Shown here piece after piece: positions 40,022 to 50,274 of a DNA stretch of 64,000 bases (position 1 is the first letter of the stretch; every line of letters starts with the position of its first letter). The notes below the pieces were generated by a model. That model made no database searches, had not been told where the DNA came from, and worked only from the letters and a program-made list of their open reading frames with translations. Origin of the DNA: Candidatus Bathyarchaeota archaeon (GTDB lineage Archaea; Thermoproteota; Bathyarchaeia; 40CM-2-53-6; RBG-13-38-9); the NCBI GenBank assembly GCA_026015185.1, contig JAOZGX010000070.1, positions 2,378 to 66,377 on the forward strand, written 5' to 3'. A program made the position numbers and the translations under genes.

Positions 40022-40390
40022 TCAAGCAATTATCTCATATGCTATTATACCCAGAACTAGAAGAAGCACACCTAATATCACAGCAATCATTAATACCTTC
40101 TGATAAGTAGGCGATACTTTTTGTGGTTTACCCCACTTGTCCTTATTTTTTAGACCAATAGAGATGTATACTAGTCCCATAATTAGGAACCAAAGACCTA
40201 TCACGCTTTCAAAAAGCAAATACAAAATCATACCAAATGGAAGCCATATTATTCCCATAGTAAAATAACTGCGATAGTCGACCTCTCTTTTCCAACCTTT
40301 TCTTTTGAGCATTAAAATAAAGAGTATTGCTAACATCACAACTGCAACAGCAATTGAAACGAGTATCCATGGTATATTCATTCTGATCAC
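40022..40390 (-). CDS. Hypothetical membrane protein
   Basis: 4 TM helices and nothing else recognisable. Confidence 0.35.
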   Translation of the reverse strand: MIRMNIPWILVSIAVAVVMLAILFILMLKRKGWKREVDYRSYFTMGIIWLPFGMILYLLFESVIGLWFLIMGLVYISIGLKNKDKWGKPQKVSPTYQKVLMIAVILGVLLLVLGIIAYEIIA

Positions 40391-40487
40391 ACTTTATTTG
40401 ATAATGTTAGAAATAGGATATAAATTACCCGATAATGTGGGAAGTGAATTCCCGAAAGTATTTACAAGTAAAAATAAGGGTAATAGA

Positions 40488-40907
40488 TTATTTCTTATAA
40501 AGAGTGCCAAGTACAAGACCATATATAACCCACATATATGATCCCATGACGATTAAATTAACTCCAGCAGCAATCCATTCAAGAAGACCTTCGGCTACTA
40601 CTGTACCGGAGAAGATAAGATACGCGCCAGCAGCAATATCCTTAATAAACCAAATCAACAGGCCAAAAAAAAGCCCTTTCATGATGCCTTTTCCAGGAAT
40701 TAAATCATAGATCCTTTTGTATAATAACCCAAAAAAGATGCAGAAGATGACAGTAAGCACGATCCAACCCACAGAAAACATGAATGCATTCTCCAGTGGT
40801 GCAAGCACTCCAAAGAGTTTCATCAAACGACCTATCAGGACTATAATGGTGGATAGTAAACCACTAATCAGTCCGGCAATGGCACTAGCGAGAACGGCAT
40901 TCTTCAT
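40488..40907 (-). CDS. Hypothetical membrane protein
   Basis: 4 TM helices and nothing else recognisable. Confidence 0.35.
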   Translation of the reverse strand: MKNAVLASAIAGLISGLLSTIIVLIGRLMKLFGVLAPLENAFMFSVGWIVLTVIFCIFFGLLYKRIYDLIPGKGIMKGLFFGLLIWFIKDIAAGAYLIFSGTVVAEGLLEWIAAGVNLIVMGSYMWVIYGLVLGTLYKK

Positions 40908-41021
40908 AAAATGATCACTTCCTTATGAAATCTATAATTTAGTTTCCATAATATTAAAAAGAATTAGTAATTGATTTGCTAATTAACTCGAAAAAATTCT
41001 AATAATCAAATAATCATAACT

Positions 41022-41489
41022 ATGGCAGGTGTGAAAATGACTAAAATTGAGAAGTCCGTTATTATAAACGCTCCAGTAGAGAAGGTTTACGATCTTGCGA
41101 TTGATGTTGACTACTTTGCTAAGGCCCAACCACCTGAGACTGAGACAAAGAACATAACTAAACCAGAAAAACCTCCCAAAGTTGGTCGTACTTGGAAAAT
41201 GAGAATGAAAACAGGCGATCAAGTATACGAGTGGAAAAATGAGATTACAGAATTGGAAGAAAATAAAAAAATTGTTGGGCGTCAAAAAGGTGGGCCTTTT
41301 AAAAAACTAGAATGGACTCAATCATTTGAATCCAGTAACGGAGGCACAAAATATACTATTGTAACTGAATATGATTTGCCGCTTTCTTTTCTTGGAAAGA
41401 TTATAGACAAAATAAAAATTGAAAAAGAAATGGACAAGAACTTCGACCATTACATTAAGAAGACCAAGGAGCTCATTGAAAAAGGATAG
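41022..41489 (+). CDS. SRPBCC (Bet v1/START-like, polyketide-cyclase-type) domain protein
   Basis: 'IEKSVIINAPVEKVYDLAIDVDYFAKAQP' N-terminal pattern of the SRPBCC superfamily. Confidence 0.5.
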   Translation: MAGVKMTKIEKSVIINAPVEKVYDLAIDVDYFAKAQPPETETKNITKPEKPPKVGRTWKMRMKTGDQVYEWKNEITELEENKKIVGRQKGGPFKKLEWTQSFESSNGGTKYTIVTEYDLPLSFLGKIIDKIKIEKEMDKNFDHYIKKTKELIEKG

Positions 41490-41646
41490 TATAGCTAGCG
41501 TTAAAAAAGTAAGAAATATAACGCATATTTACCAGTAAGAATTTTGTTAGTAATAGATTATACCCTATGAAATGAATTATGAAAAAAATTAAAAATGGAG
41601 GTTCAATCTGCAATTTTTAGTTTATTCGTTTTCTAATTATTCTGAC

Positions 41647-41985
41647 TTACTTTGTCTGTTCGATTTTTATTTCTATTGTGGAAACATTCCTTACGTCATC
41701 GCCTTCGCCAAGTGCTTGTGTTCCTATTGCCACGTCCTTCACTTTTAGTTTTCCTTCGAAGAACCGTCTACGTACAACCTCGACTACGTCGACCGCTCTG
41801 CTAATTGCTCTTCCTCTAGCCTTTATTGTTAGCACGTCCTTACCTCCTCCTTGGAAATGCATCATCACAGCAGTTACATAGGCCATGACTGGTTTACTCC
41901 CTATGAGAATCGTATCTGGAGGAATTGGACTCCGTGGCGCCTCTTTTCTTTCTGTTTCCTTTTCTGGATCTGGACTTTTAGCCAT
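41647..41985 (-). CDS. albA: Alba DNA/RNA-binding protein with a ~22-aa Pro/Glu/Lys-rich N-terminal extension
   Basis: 'ILIGSKPVMAYVTAV...IKARGRAISRAVDVVE...VSTIEIKI' Alba core. Confidence 0.8.
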   Translation of the reverse strand: MAKSPDPEKETERKEAPRSPIPPDTILIGSKPVMAYVTAVMMHFQGGGKDVLTIKARGRAISRAVDVVEVVRRRFFEGKLKVKDVAIGTQALGEGDDVRNVSTIEIKIEQTK

Positions 41986-42463
41986 GTACTTTCACCTCCA
42001 CGTATTCTTTGATTATTCACTTATTTATCATCTAGCTTGTATGCGCTCTACTTAAATATTAATGCAAAATGAAACAACATCCAAGTTAACAAATTTGTTA
42101 AAGGAAATGATCAATAATTTCAGCAATCAATCTCGGTACAGCACCGATTTTCAAAGAATTATTCATTGTAGAACTCGATAGATATGTATAGTCAGTATGT
42201 TGTAATTAAGAATTGGCACTGAAACCTTCTAGGATAGGGAGTGGGATTTCCGCACATGGAGTGCATATATTTAAACCCAAATAGCCTGTTTTAGTAGGAC
42301 CCTTCAAGAGTACACGAATCTCTATACAAGAATAAAGTAAGAGTTAACTGATTTGGGACTAGAGTTCTATTAGAAACAATATCCGTTAAAACATGTTATA
42401 CACAAATAACTTAACAATAATAAATATCAATAGGATTTTAATCTTGATAAATTCAATATCCCG

Positions 42464-43381
42464 GTGGTATTTTTGAAAGTAAATAACGTAGAAGTAGAAG
42501 ATACTTTTGCTGAAGCTTTCGATATGTACATTGGTAGAATTCTTATTACCGCTCAAAATAGAAGATGGAGCTATTTGTCTACTCAAGAGGCAAAAGGTCT
42601 AGGCGTATCTGCAACAATGGGCCCTGGAGAGACTGGAATTGAGTCTGAAGTCCAAGTAGACGCTACACCTGATGGTAGGCCTGGCCATATTTTAGACGTT
42701 GGCCACAGTAATAGGAAAGAACTGGATTATTGGTTGATTGCAAGAATTCGTAAATGTGTAATCCCAGTTCCAACAACTGCTGCTTTCAACGCTTTGCCAG
42801 ATAATGCAACCGATTATTTTGTTGATATTGAAGGTACACCAATTCAATTGTTCGGAGATGGCTTTGAGGAGATTGTCTCTAAATTCGGAAGAGAGATGTA
42901 CAAAATTCCACGAATGGATGGATTCTTCTATATAGAAACTAAACTTGGGATCTGTAAAGGTATAGCAGGTGGAAATTTCTTAATTTTAGCTGAGTCACAA
43001 CCAACAGCTTTGCTAGCTGCAGAAGCTGCTGTTGATGCGATGAAAAGCGTGTCTCATGTTTTCAATCCATGTGCGGGTGGTGTTGCAGCATCTGGCACTA
43101 AAGTCAGTGGACGAAAGTATAAGGAAGCAGTAGCTACGACGAACGATGCATATAATGCATGTATTAGAGATTTAGTACCCGAAACAAAATTACCCGATGA
43201 TGTGAATTGTGTTTATGAATTATTTGTAAATGGAATTTATTTAGAAAACATAAAGGAAGCAATGAAACTCGGTATTGAAGCAGCGACATCGGTTGATGGT
43301 GTGAAGAAGATTACTGCAGGTAATTATGGAGGAAGTCTTGGCAAAATAAAAATTCAACTAAGTGATGTACTCAAGTCCTAG
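42464..43381 (+). CDS. ftr: Formylmethanofuran:tetrahydromethanopterin N-formyltransferase
   Basis: N-terminus 'VNNVEVEDTFAEAFDMYIGRILITA' closely matches the Ftr N-terminal signature. 305 aa. Confidence 0.75.
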   Translation: MVFLKVNNVEVEDTFAEAFDMYIGRILITAQNRRWSYLSTQEAKGLGVSATMGPGETGIESEVQVDATPDGRPGHILDVGHSNRKELDYWLIARIRKCVIPVPTTAAFNALPDNATDYFVDIEGTPIQLFGDGFEEIVSKFGREMYKIPRMDGFFYIETKLGICKGIAGGNFLILAESQPTALLAAEAAVDAMKSVSHVFNPCAGGVAASGTKVSGRKYKEAVATTNDAYNACIRDLVPETKLPDDVNCVYELFVNGIYLENIKEAMKLGIEAATSVDGVKKITAGNYGGSLGKIKIQLSDVLKS

Positions 43382-43787
43382 TTTTAGGAGTCAACCAGTC
43401 TATCAACGAATCTAATTTTTTTGATCTTATTCTTATTTTAATCGGGCCTAAAGGAGACTCGCCTTCTGGCATGGAAAAAGAAATATGACTTACAAAAGCA
43501 ACCTGTTTATTTAAATAGAAAACCATAGAATCATCAGATTTACTTCGTATCATAGTAGCTCGAGCTGCGTCACGTATCCTATCCTGTTTGAGTAAATCTC
43601 GAAATTTTTCTAATGTTTCTAGGCTAATGGCCTTACCTATGATCAATTGCACATTGTTCTCAATGTCTTTGATTTCATAATTCAGATCTTTGAAGATGTT
43701 GTTTATTGCACTCTTGACTTTTTCAATGTTTTCTGTAGGATACAAATAAGCTTCAACTTCGAGCTTTACATCGTAAGATTCAGACAC
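43371..43787 (-). CDS. UPF0201-family (MJ1564-like) putative RNA-binding protein
   Basis: 'VKLEVEAYLYPTE...YLNKQVAFVSHISF...SPLGPIKI...WLTPKT' pattern. Adjacent to a UPF0200-like kinase. Confidence 0.45.
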   Translation of the reverse strand: MSESYDVKLEVEAYLYPTENIEKVKSAINNIFKDLNYEIKDIENNVQLIIGKAISLETLEKFRDLLKQDRIRDAARATMIRSKSDDSMVFYLNKQVAFVSHISFSMPEGESPLGPIKIRIRSKKLDSLIDWLTPKTRT

Positions 43788-43840
43788 TTATTTAAAACCC
43801 CTCTTTCAAGTCTGCAATAATTGATTGTAAGCAATAGAAT

Positions 43841-44407
43841 TCAGTACCTTTTTCTCAAATTCATTAAGATTGGTCTAATTTTATTTTTGAATTCCTCTTT
43901 GGTAGACTCATTAATAACCATAATATCCGATAAAGCCAATACATCACCTATACCGACTTTCAATTCTCTCCTATCCCTCTCTACAAACTCCTCCCATTTT
44001 TTAGGATCATCGCTTCGTTTTCTTCTTACAAGTCTTTGAAATCTCTCTTCAGGAGATGTATGAACTCCAAGAATCATCGTCTTATAGCCTTTCTCAAATT
44101 CCTCAATCTCGTTGAGACTCCTCACACCCTCTACGATAACCAATTTCACCTTTTCGCTCTTCATTTTTGATAGTAGCCTTTTTGCTACCACGCCTTCCCC
44201 TTCCTTTTCTCTTATTTCCAGCGTCAATCTCCCAAGGTTTTTTGGAGTAGGCGAAATTCCCTTTGTATTAGCTTCTTCCCTGATAACATCGCCTAAAACG
44301 AATATTGGAAAACCAATTTCTTTCGCTACTTTTGAAACCAATCCTTTACCTGCACCGGGCATTCCGGTTATCGCTATTATTGCTCTACTCATAAGATGAT
44401 CACACAT
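43841..44407 (-). CDS. UPF0200-family P-loop nucleotide kinase (dephospho-CoA/adenylate-kinase-like)
   Basis: P-loop GMPGAGKG. 188 aa. Paired with the UPF0201 gene. Confidence 0.55.
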   Translation of the reverse strand: MCDHLMSRAIIAITGMPGAGKGLVSKVAKEIGFPIFVLGDVIREEANTKGISPTPKNLGRLTLEIREKEGEGVVAKRLLSKMKSEKVKLVIVEGVRSLNEIEEFEKGYKTMILGVHTSPEERFQRLVRRKRSDDPKKWEEFVERDRRELKVGIGDVLALSDIMVINESTKEEFKNKIRPILMNLRKRY

Positions 44408-44508
44408 GTATTTTCAAAATATTGAATAGAAATATGTTGTATCTTGTTAAGAAATCTTTTGAATTTATTTTAATAAATTAACGCACGTTTAAGTAGGTTA
44501 TTTATCAA

Positions 44509-44805
44509 TTGAATGATAGCAAAAAACAGGTTCTCCCGAAAGAGTTAGCAGATAAATTGAAAGAGTTTCAAAGAATAATTGACAAAGCATTCGGGCAACT
44601 AGATGATTCTCAATTATTACAATTGAAAGATGCATTATCTGCAGCAGACGACTATATTATTTCCTTGAAGAAAGAGATTAAGAAAGATCATAATGAAAAT
44701 GATAAGAAATATTTTGAACGAGAATTGAAGCTATGGTTAGAGAAAAGGGGGGCTCTCTCAACTTTGATTAAAATCATAGAGAGAATTCACGCAGAATCTA
44801 ATTAA
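44509..44805 (+). CDS. Hypothetical coiled-coil protein
   Basis: ORF only. Confidence 0.3.
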   Translation: MNDSKKQVLPKELADKLKEFQRIIDKAFGQLDDSQLLQLKDALSAADDYIISLKKEIKKDHNENDKKYFERELKLWLEKRGALSTLIKIIERIHAESN

Positions 44806-44937
44806 TTTAGTATGCGTCAACCAAGGATTAACGAAATTCTTCACAAAGTTTATATTAAGTTTGCTGAATTAAAATTGCAAATGATTTATGCACCTACATA
44901 TGATTTGGTGCGACATTAGAGTGGATTCATTCTGAAC

Positions 44938-45534
44938 TTGTCAGATATTGTGCCATTTGCTGAGTATTTAATAGATACTTTCGGATACTTTGGAATTTTC
45001 ATTGTTGAAGCTATAGCCAACGCGACGCTCTTCTTTCCAATACCAGGTGCAATATTCACAATGGCTTCAGGCTTATTCTTGAATCCAATTATGGTAGGAA
45101 TTTATGCTGGTTTAGGAGCGGCTGTGGGAGAACTTACTGGTTATTTGGTTGGTTTTGGTGGCGGAGTTCTTATCAAAGATAAAGTTGAATTCAAGTCTAT
45201 GAGAAGAGTTTACGCTAAATACGGTTTATGGACTATCTATATATTCTCAGCGATCCCTTTCCCATTTGATATCATAGGAATTATCTGCGGTGTCTTAAGG
45301 GTCAGACCCTTAGTATTTTTCGTACTCACAGCATTAGGAAAAATTACATCAAGAGTAATGCTAGCTGCGGTTGGAACTCAGGTTGCAAATATCTTTATCG
45401 GCATTTTAGAAGGAAGATTTGATTTGCTCGCGATTATACTAATCCTTATTATCTCTGCGATATTTACATTTTCGATCTCTTATTGGAAAATCATTGTTAA
45501 CAGAGATAAGAAAGCTTCTAATTCGGAGAAATAG
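44938..45534 (+). CDS. DedA/VTT-domain membrane protein
   Basis: 'FPIPGAIFTMASGLF...GAAVGELTGYLVGFGGG' DedA motif. Confidence 0.6.
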   Translation: MSDIVPFAEYLIDTFGYFGIFIVEAIANATLFFPIPGAIFTMASGLFLNPIMVGIYAGLGAAVGELTGYLVGFGGGVLIKDKVEFKSMRRVYAKYGLWTIYIFSAIPFPFDIIGIICGVLRVRPLVFFVLTALGKITSRVMLAAVGTQVANIFIGILEGRFDLLAIILILIISAIFTFSISYWKIIVNRDKKASNSEK

Positions 45535-45537
45535 ATA

Positions 45538-46113
45538 TTGCAAACTCAACGAATAAGAAGTTTCATTGCATTAGACATAGATGATATGAATCTCTTGGAT
45601 AAATTTGCAACCGTCCAAAAGAAGATTCATAATGCTGGAGCAGATCTGAAATTAGTTGAATTAAAGAACATCCATATTACTTTCAAATTTTTGGGAGAAG
45701 TAAATCCAATCACACTTGACAAGGTAAAGGAAGAGATGGATGGAGTCAAAGTTTCCGCTTTTAATATTGAATTTGAAGAAGTTGGAACCTTCCCAAATAT
45801 CAAGCGTCCAAGAGTTATTTGGATTGGGATAAAGAAAGGGTCAACAGAGCTTCAAAAAATCAACGATCAATTGGATCCTAAACTTCGACAGCTAGGCTTT
45901 GTCTCAGATAGAAAAGGCTTCAGTCCTCATGTGACAATTGCAAGAGTAAGGTCGGGTAGAAATAAGAAAGAATTGATCGATGTGTTGAATGAAATAAAAT
46001 CGACGCAATTTGGTTCTATGCATGGAGGATGCCTGAGATTAAAGAAAAGTACGTTAACTCCGGAAGGTCCTACTTACACAACTATTCATGAAGTCAAGTT
46101 CAATACTTCCTGA
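45538..46113 (+). CDS. thpR: RNA 2',3'-cyclic phosphodiesterase (2H family, LigT/ThpR)
   Basis: Two HxT motifs (HITFKF and HVTIARV). 191 aa. Confidence 0.75.
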   Translation: MQTQRIRSFIALDIDDMNLLDKFATVQKKIHNAGADLKLVELKNIHITFKFLGEVNPITLDKVKEEMDGVKVSAFNIEFEEVGTFPNIKRPRVIWIGIKKGSTELQKINDQLDPKLRQLGFVSDRKGFSPHVTIARVRSGRNKKELIDVLNEIKSTQFGSMHGGCLRLKKSTLTPEGPTYTTIHEVKFNTS

Positions 46114-46250
46114 AATCTCTCGGTAATCAATACTATAGCTACCCATAATTTTGAATTTCAAAGCTTTTATTACATATTATAGGCAAATATCCACATGGAC
46201 TTGGTTAGTTCTATATTTTTATTAGATGTTTAAGGCAGCAGGTAGAAAAA

Positions 46251-47702
46251 ATGCCTACCAAGAATTTAACAAAGGTGAAAGATGAAGTCCTGAAAAGAGT
46301 CATTCCTGATTCTAAAGAAGTTCAAAAAGCACAGAAGCTTGCTGATGATATTAAAACTAAAATCGAAGAGAAAGCGAAGAAACACAAATTAGATTGTGAG
46401 GTCAGGATAGATGGCTCATTTGCAAAGGATACATGGTTGAAAGGCGAAGCAGATATAGACCTTTTTATGCGTGTTCCGAAAACGTTAACTGAAGAAGAAT
46501 TTAGAAAAGTATGCCTTAAGGTCGCTAAGGAATCTGTGAAAGAGTATGGCCACATAGAAAGGTATGCAGAACACCCATATATTGAAACAGTTATTGATAG
46601 TTATAAGGTGAACATTGTTCCATGCTATCTTACTGAGAAGAACAAATGGATTAGCGCTGTTGATAGAACCCCTTTCCATACTGATTACATGAAAGAGAAA
46701 CTGGGCAAGTTAAGAGATGAAGTTAGAATTCTAAAGAAGTTTATGAAAGGCATTAAAACATACGGAGCAGAGATTAAGGTTGGTGGATTTAGTGGCATAC
46801 TCTGCGAGACCTTGATTCTAAACTACGGTTCCTTTGAAGGTACTATAAAATCAGCTATCAATTGGAAAAAGAGAGAAATAATAGATATTGAAAATCATTA
46901 TGAAGTTACAAGAGCTGATATCTATGATCTTTTTGATGAGCCCTTTATAGTCATAGATCCTGTAGATAAATTCAGAAATGTAGCGGCAGCCGTAAGAGAA
47001 CAGAAATTATGGGATTTTGTATATGCATGCAGAGTTTTTCTTAGAAAACCTAGTTTAGATTTCTTTTATCCTCCTGAACCGAGATTATTATCAAAAAATG
47101 AAATGTGTAAGAAAATCACTGAGTATGGCTCGAACTATCTGGCATTGAAATTTGGTGAAGTGGATGCTGTGGTCGATGTTTTATGGAGTCAGCTATATAA
47201 GAGCGAGAGATGTCTGAAGAATCTATTTGAGAAAAATGATTTCAACGTATTTAGATCTGGTTCTTGGAGTAATGAAGCTGACTTAAATATCATAATCTTT
47301 GAATTGGAAGAAAACCCAATCTCATCTGTAAAGAAACATTTTGGGCCTCATGTTTATCGAAGGAAGAATGGGGATATTTTCATAAATAAACATCTAAAAG
47401 CAGATGATACAATTTTGGGCCCATGGATAGAGAACGATAGATTGGTAGTAGAGAAGAAGAGAAAATATTGTGATGCTGCTGATTTACTCAATGAGTCCTT
47501 AAGTAAAGGTGGAGAAAATATTGGCGTTGGCAAACTTGTTATCATAAGCTTACAGAATGGATTTGATATACTATTAGATAAGGATATTTTGAATCTATAT
47601 AATTTAAAAACCGAATTTTCAAAATTTTTAGTAGATTTTCTTAATGGCAAGCCAATATGGATGGAAGCGCGCGCGCGCTTAAGCAAATCATCAATGAAAT
47701 AA
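46251..47702 (+). CDS. cca: Archaeal class-I CCA-adding tRNA nucleotidyltransferase
   Basis: 'RIDGSFAKDTWLKGEADIDLF' nucleotidyltransferase motif. Classic thpR-cca pairing. Confidence 0.8.
   Translation: MPTKNLTKVKDEVLKRVIPDSKEVQKAQKLADDIKTKIEEKAKKHKLDCEVRIDGSFAKDTWLKGEADIDLFMRVPKTLTEEEFRKVCLKVAKESVKEYGHIERYAEHPYIETVIDSYKVNIVPCYLTEKNKWISAVDRTPFHTDYMKEKLGKLRDEVRILKKFMKGIKTYGAEIKVGGFSGILCETLILNYGSFEGTIKSAINWKKREIIDIENHYEVTRADIYDLFDEPFIVIDPVDKFRNVAAAVREQKLWDFVYACRVFLRKPSLDFFYPPEPRLLSKNEMCKKITEYGSNYLALKFGEVDAVVDVLWSQLYKSERCLKNLFEKNDFNVFRSGSWSNEADLNIIIFELEENPISSVKKHFGPHVYRRKNGDIFINKHLKADDTILGPWIENDRLVVEKKRKYCDAADLLNESLSKGGENIGVGKLVIISLQNGFDILLDKDILNLYNLKTEFSKFLVDFLNGKPIWMEARARLSKSSMK
47667..47678. 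repeat. Alternating (GC)6 tract (aaGCGCGCGCGCGCtt), inside the cca 3' end, encoding ...EARARL...
   Basis: Read directly from the sequence. Confidence 0.9.
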
Positions 47703-47717
47703 AGGATCCTGATAAAT

Positions 47718-49019
47718 ATGGAAAACAAGAAAGCTATTGGCCTGATTCTGATTCTGACAATTGTCCTGTTAGCTATTACAATAATTCCAGCTTATCCAAG
47801 ATTTCAAGATGTGATGAACACTGCTAATGAGCGATTAATTGCTGGGAGTAGAACTGTACAGACGAATCATGGTTTACTCGAGTTTGGTGATGAAGGGGAA
47901 GGTTATCCTGTACTTGTAATTCATGGGGCCGATGGCGGATATAACCAGGGTCTTATTCTAGGAAAAACTTGGTTGGGTGATGGATTCCGTCTGATTGCTC
48001 CGTCACGATTCGGTTATATACGTACTCCAATTCCTGTAGATGCTACGCACTCTGTTCAAGCAGATACTTATGCTGATCTACTTGACTATCTGGAAATTGA
48101 AGAGGTGATAGTAGTTGGAATAGGTGCAGGAGGACCTTCTGCACTTCAATTTGCCTTACGTTATCCTGAACGATGTACAGCGCTGGTAATGGTATCAGCT
48201 ATTAGCCAAACAGGAAAAGCGATGAATCCGTTTGAGTGGATAATTCATCATACTTTATTGAAGTCGGATCTCATCTTCTGGTTGGTTGCTAAACATTTTG
48301 AATCGATGCTTATCTTTTTCTTTGGTGTGCCTTTGGAAGTACAGAACGAATTAACTCCTAAAGATCAAGCATGGATTTCTGATGTTTTAATCCCATCGAT
48401 GCACCCTATCAGTCAACGAAATGCAGGAATGTTAAATGATGCAACCAACTATATACGTAATTATCCGATAGAGCAAATTACTGTACCCACATTGGTCATT
48501 CATGCTCAAGATAATGGATTGGTGCCATTTTCACATGGCCAATACACTGCAGACAGCATTCCTAATACAAAATTCGTTGCTTTACAAAACGGCGGTCATT
48601 TTCTCATGGGGCAACATGAGAGTGTTAGGTTACAAATTGAAAATTTTCTGAAGCCGCTAATCATCACTGAAACAATTTTGGAAGGTCGGTGGATATTGCG
48701 GTCTTTTATAATTGATGGTGAGGAGATCCTGTTCCCTGAAGAAAAGAATATAACTATTCGATTTGATGCCGAAGGCAAATTGTCTGGTTCAGGAGGATGT
48801 AATGAATTCATTGGTTCATATAGAATAATCTACGATAATATGATATCTATAGGGCCTATAGCTTTCACCGAAATAGCATGCCCAGAAGGTATGGAGCAAG
48901 AACTGCTCTACTTTGGATCTCTTGAAGAACTATCAAAATTTAACTTAACAGATGATGAACTGAGACTATCTTCAACAAATGAGCGAATAGTGTTGATATT
49001 TTCTAGACAGAGTCTTTGA
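47718..49019 (+). CDS. Alpha/beta-hydrolase fused to a C-terminal META/HslJ-like (DUF306) domain, membrane anchored
   Basis: An N-terminal TM helix, then HGADGG...GIGAGG hydrolase motifs, then a C-terminal '...RFDAEGKLSGSGGCNEFIGSY...' META-domain pattern. Confidence 0.5.
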   Translation: MENKKAIGLILILTIVLLAITIIPAYPRFQDVMNTANERLIAGSRTVQTNHGLLEFGDEGEGYPVLVIHGADGGYNQGLILGKTWLGDGFRLIAPSRFGYIRTPIPVDATHSVQADTYADLLDYLEIEEVIVVGIGAGGPSALQFALRYPERCTALVMVSAISQTGKAMNPFEWIIHHTLLKSDLIFWLVAKHFESMLIFFFGVPLEVQNELTPKDQAWISDVLIPSMHPISQRNAGMLNDATNYIRNYPIEQITVPTLVIHAQDNGLVPFSHGQYTADSIPNTKFVALQNGGHFLMGQHESVRLQIENFLKPLIITETILEGRWILRSFIIDGEEILFPEEKNITIRFDAEGKLSGSGGCNEFIGSYRIIYDNMISIGPIAFTEIACPEGMEQELLYFGSLEELSKFNLTDDELRLSSTNERIVLIFSRQSL

Positions 49020-49071
49020 TTTGTGCTTTTAGTTCAACTTAAACAATATCAATTCTTTAAGAGTTATAGCC

Positions 49072-50274
49072 ATGAAATCCGCAATAAAATTTCTAGTTCT
49101 TGGATTGGTTGATGTAGCTAGCATTACGCAATCTGCAAATAAAGTTGGACGTAGTGTGTATACAATAGATCTTTTTGGGGATTTAGATACAAAAAAACAT
49201 TCGAAACAAAGTCTATCAATCTTGCAGGAGTATGGAAAAATTCCGCTTAAAGATCTTGAACTCTCAGACGCATTTCTCAAATTAACCAAGAAACTATTAA
49301 AAGATAACGATATTGATGCCATCTTACTTTCTAGTGGACTTGATGATGAAGGTCAATTGCTTCAAAGTCTGCATGATCTAGTTCCCATACTCGGAAATGA
49401 ACCTGAAAAAATTGATGGGGTAAGAAATAAACATAATTTTTTTAATGAGCTTAGAAAGTTAAAAATCCAATTTCCTGAAACTAAATTCGTTAGTAATCTA
49501 AATGAAGGATTGCTAGCATCTCGGGACATAGGATTTCCTTTGGTGATAAAACCTACCAAAGGATATGGTGGAATCGGTATTAAAATGTGTAAAGATAGAA
49601 AAGATCTACAGGATTTCCTTAATAATAAATCAGATGGTAAATGGATTATTCAAAAATATATGCCCGGTACTCCTGCCAGTATTTCTATCATAGCAGATGG
49701 AACAAAGTCTAAAATCTTATCACTGAATGAGCAATTGCTTGGGATTAAAGAATTTGGGCAAAGAGAGGATTTTGGTTTTTCAGGAAATATTGTTCCATTA
49801 TGGACTGATAGAAATCTATTGCAGAGATGTGAAGAATTAACTGATAAGATTGTAGCAAAATTTGGATTGAAAGGATCGAATGGAATAGATATAATAATCT
49901 CAGATCAATCTGATGAGATAAATATTATTGAAATAAACCCTCGATTTCAGGCATCCTTAGAATGCATTGAACGGTATTTGGGTGTAAACCTTGTAGATTT
50001 GCATCTAAAAGCCTGTAATCATGGGGAATTACCAACCAATCTAAATAGATCTCAATCAAAGTTTGTTGGAAGGACGATTCTATACGCCAAATCAAATATT
50101 AGAGTACTCAATCTTGTACAATTTGATTTCATAAGAGATATCCCTAGTTCAGGATCTGAGATTCCAGAGGGAGAACCTATATGTTCTGTAATTATTGGCT
50201 CTTCAAGTAGAGAAGAATGCTTACAAGAAACAAAGAATTATGCTAAAATGATCTATGATGGGGCAATTCAATGA
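49072..50274 (+). CDS. ATP-grasp-domain enzyme of unknown specificity
   Basis: 'GFPLVIKPTKGYGGIGIKMC' ATP-grasp core with a pre-ATP-grasp N-domain. Overlaps the next gene by 4 nt (ATGA). Confidence 0.5.
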   Translation: MKSAIKFLVLGLVDVASITQSANKVGRSVYTIDLFGDLDTKKHSKQSLSILQEYGKIPLKDLELSDAFLKLTKKLLKDNDIDAILLSSGLDDEGQLLQSLHDLVPILGNEPEKIDGVRNKHNFFNELRKLKIQFPETKFVSNLNEGLLASRDIGFPLVIKPTKGYGGIGIKMCKDRKDLQDFLNNKSDGKWIIQKYMPGTPASISIIADGTKSKILSLNEQLLGIKEFGQREDFGFSGNIVPLWTDRNLLQRCEELTDKIVAKFGLKGSNGIDIIISDQSDEINIIEINPRFQASLECIERYLGVNLVDLHLKACNHGELPTNLNRSQSKFVGRTILYAKSNIRVLNLVQFDFIRDIPSSGSEIPEGEPICSVIIGSSSREECLQETKNYAKMIYDGAIQ

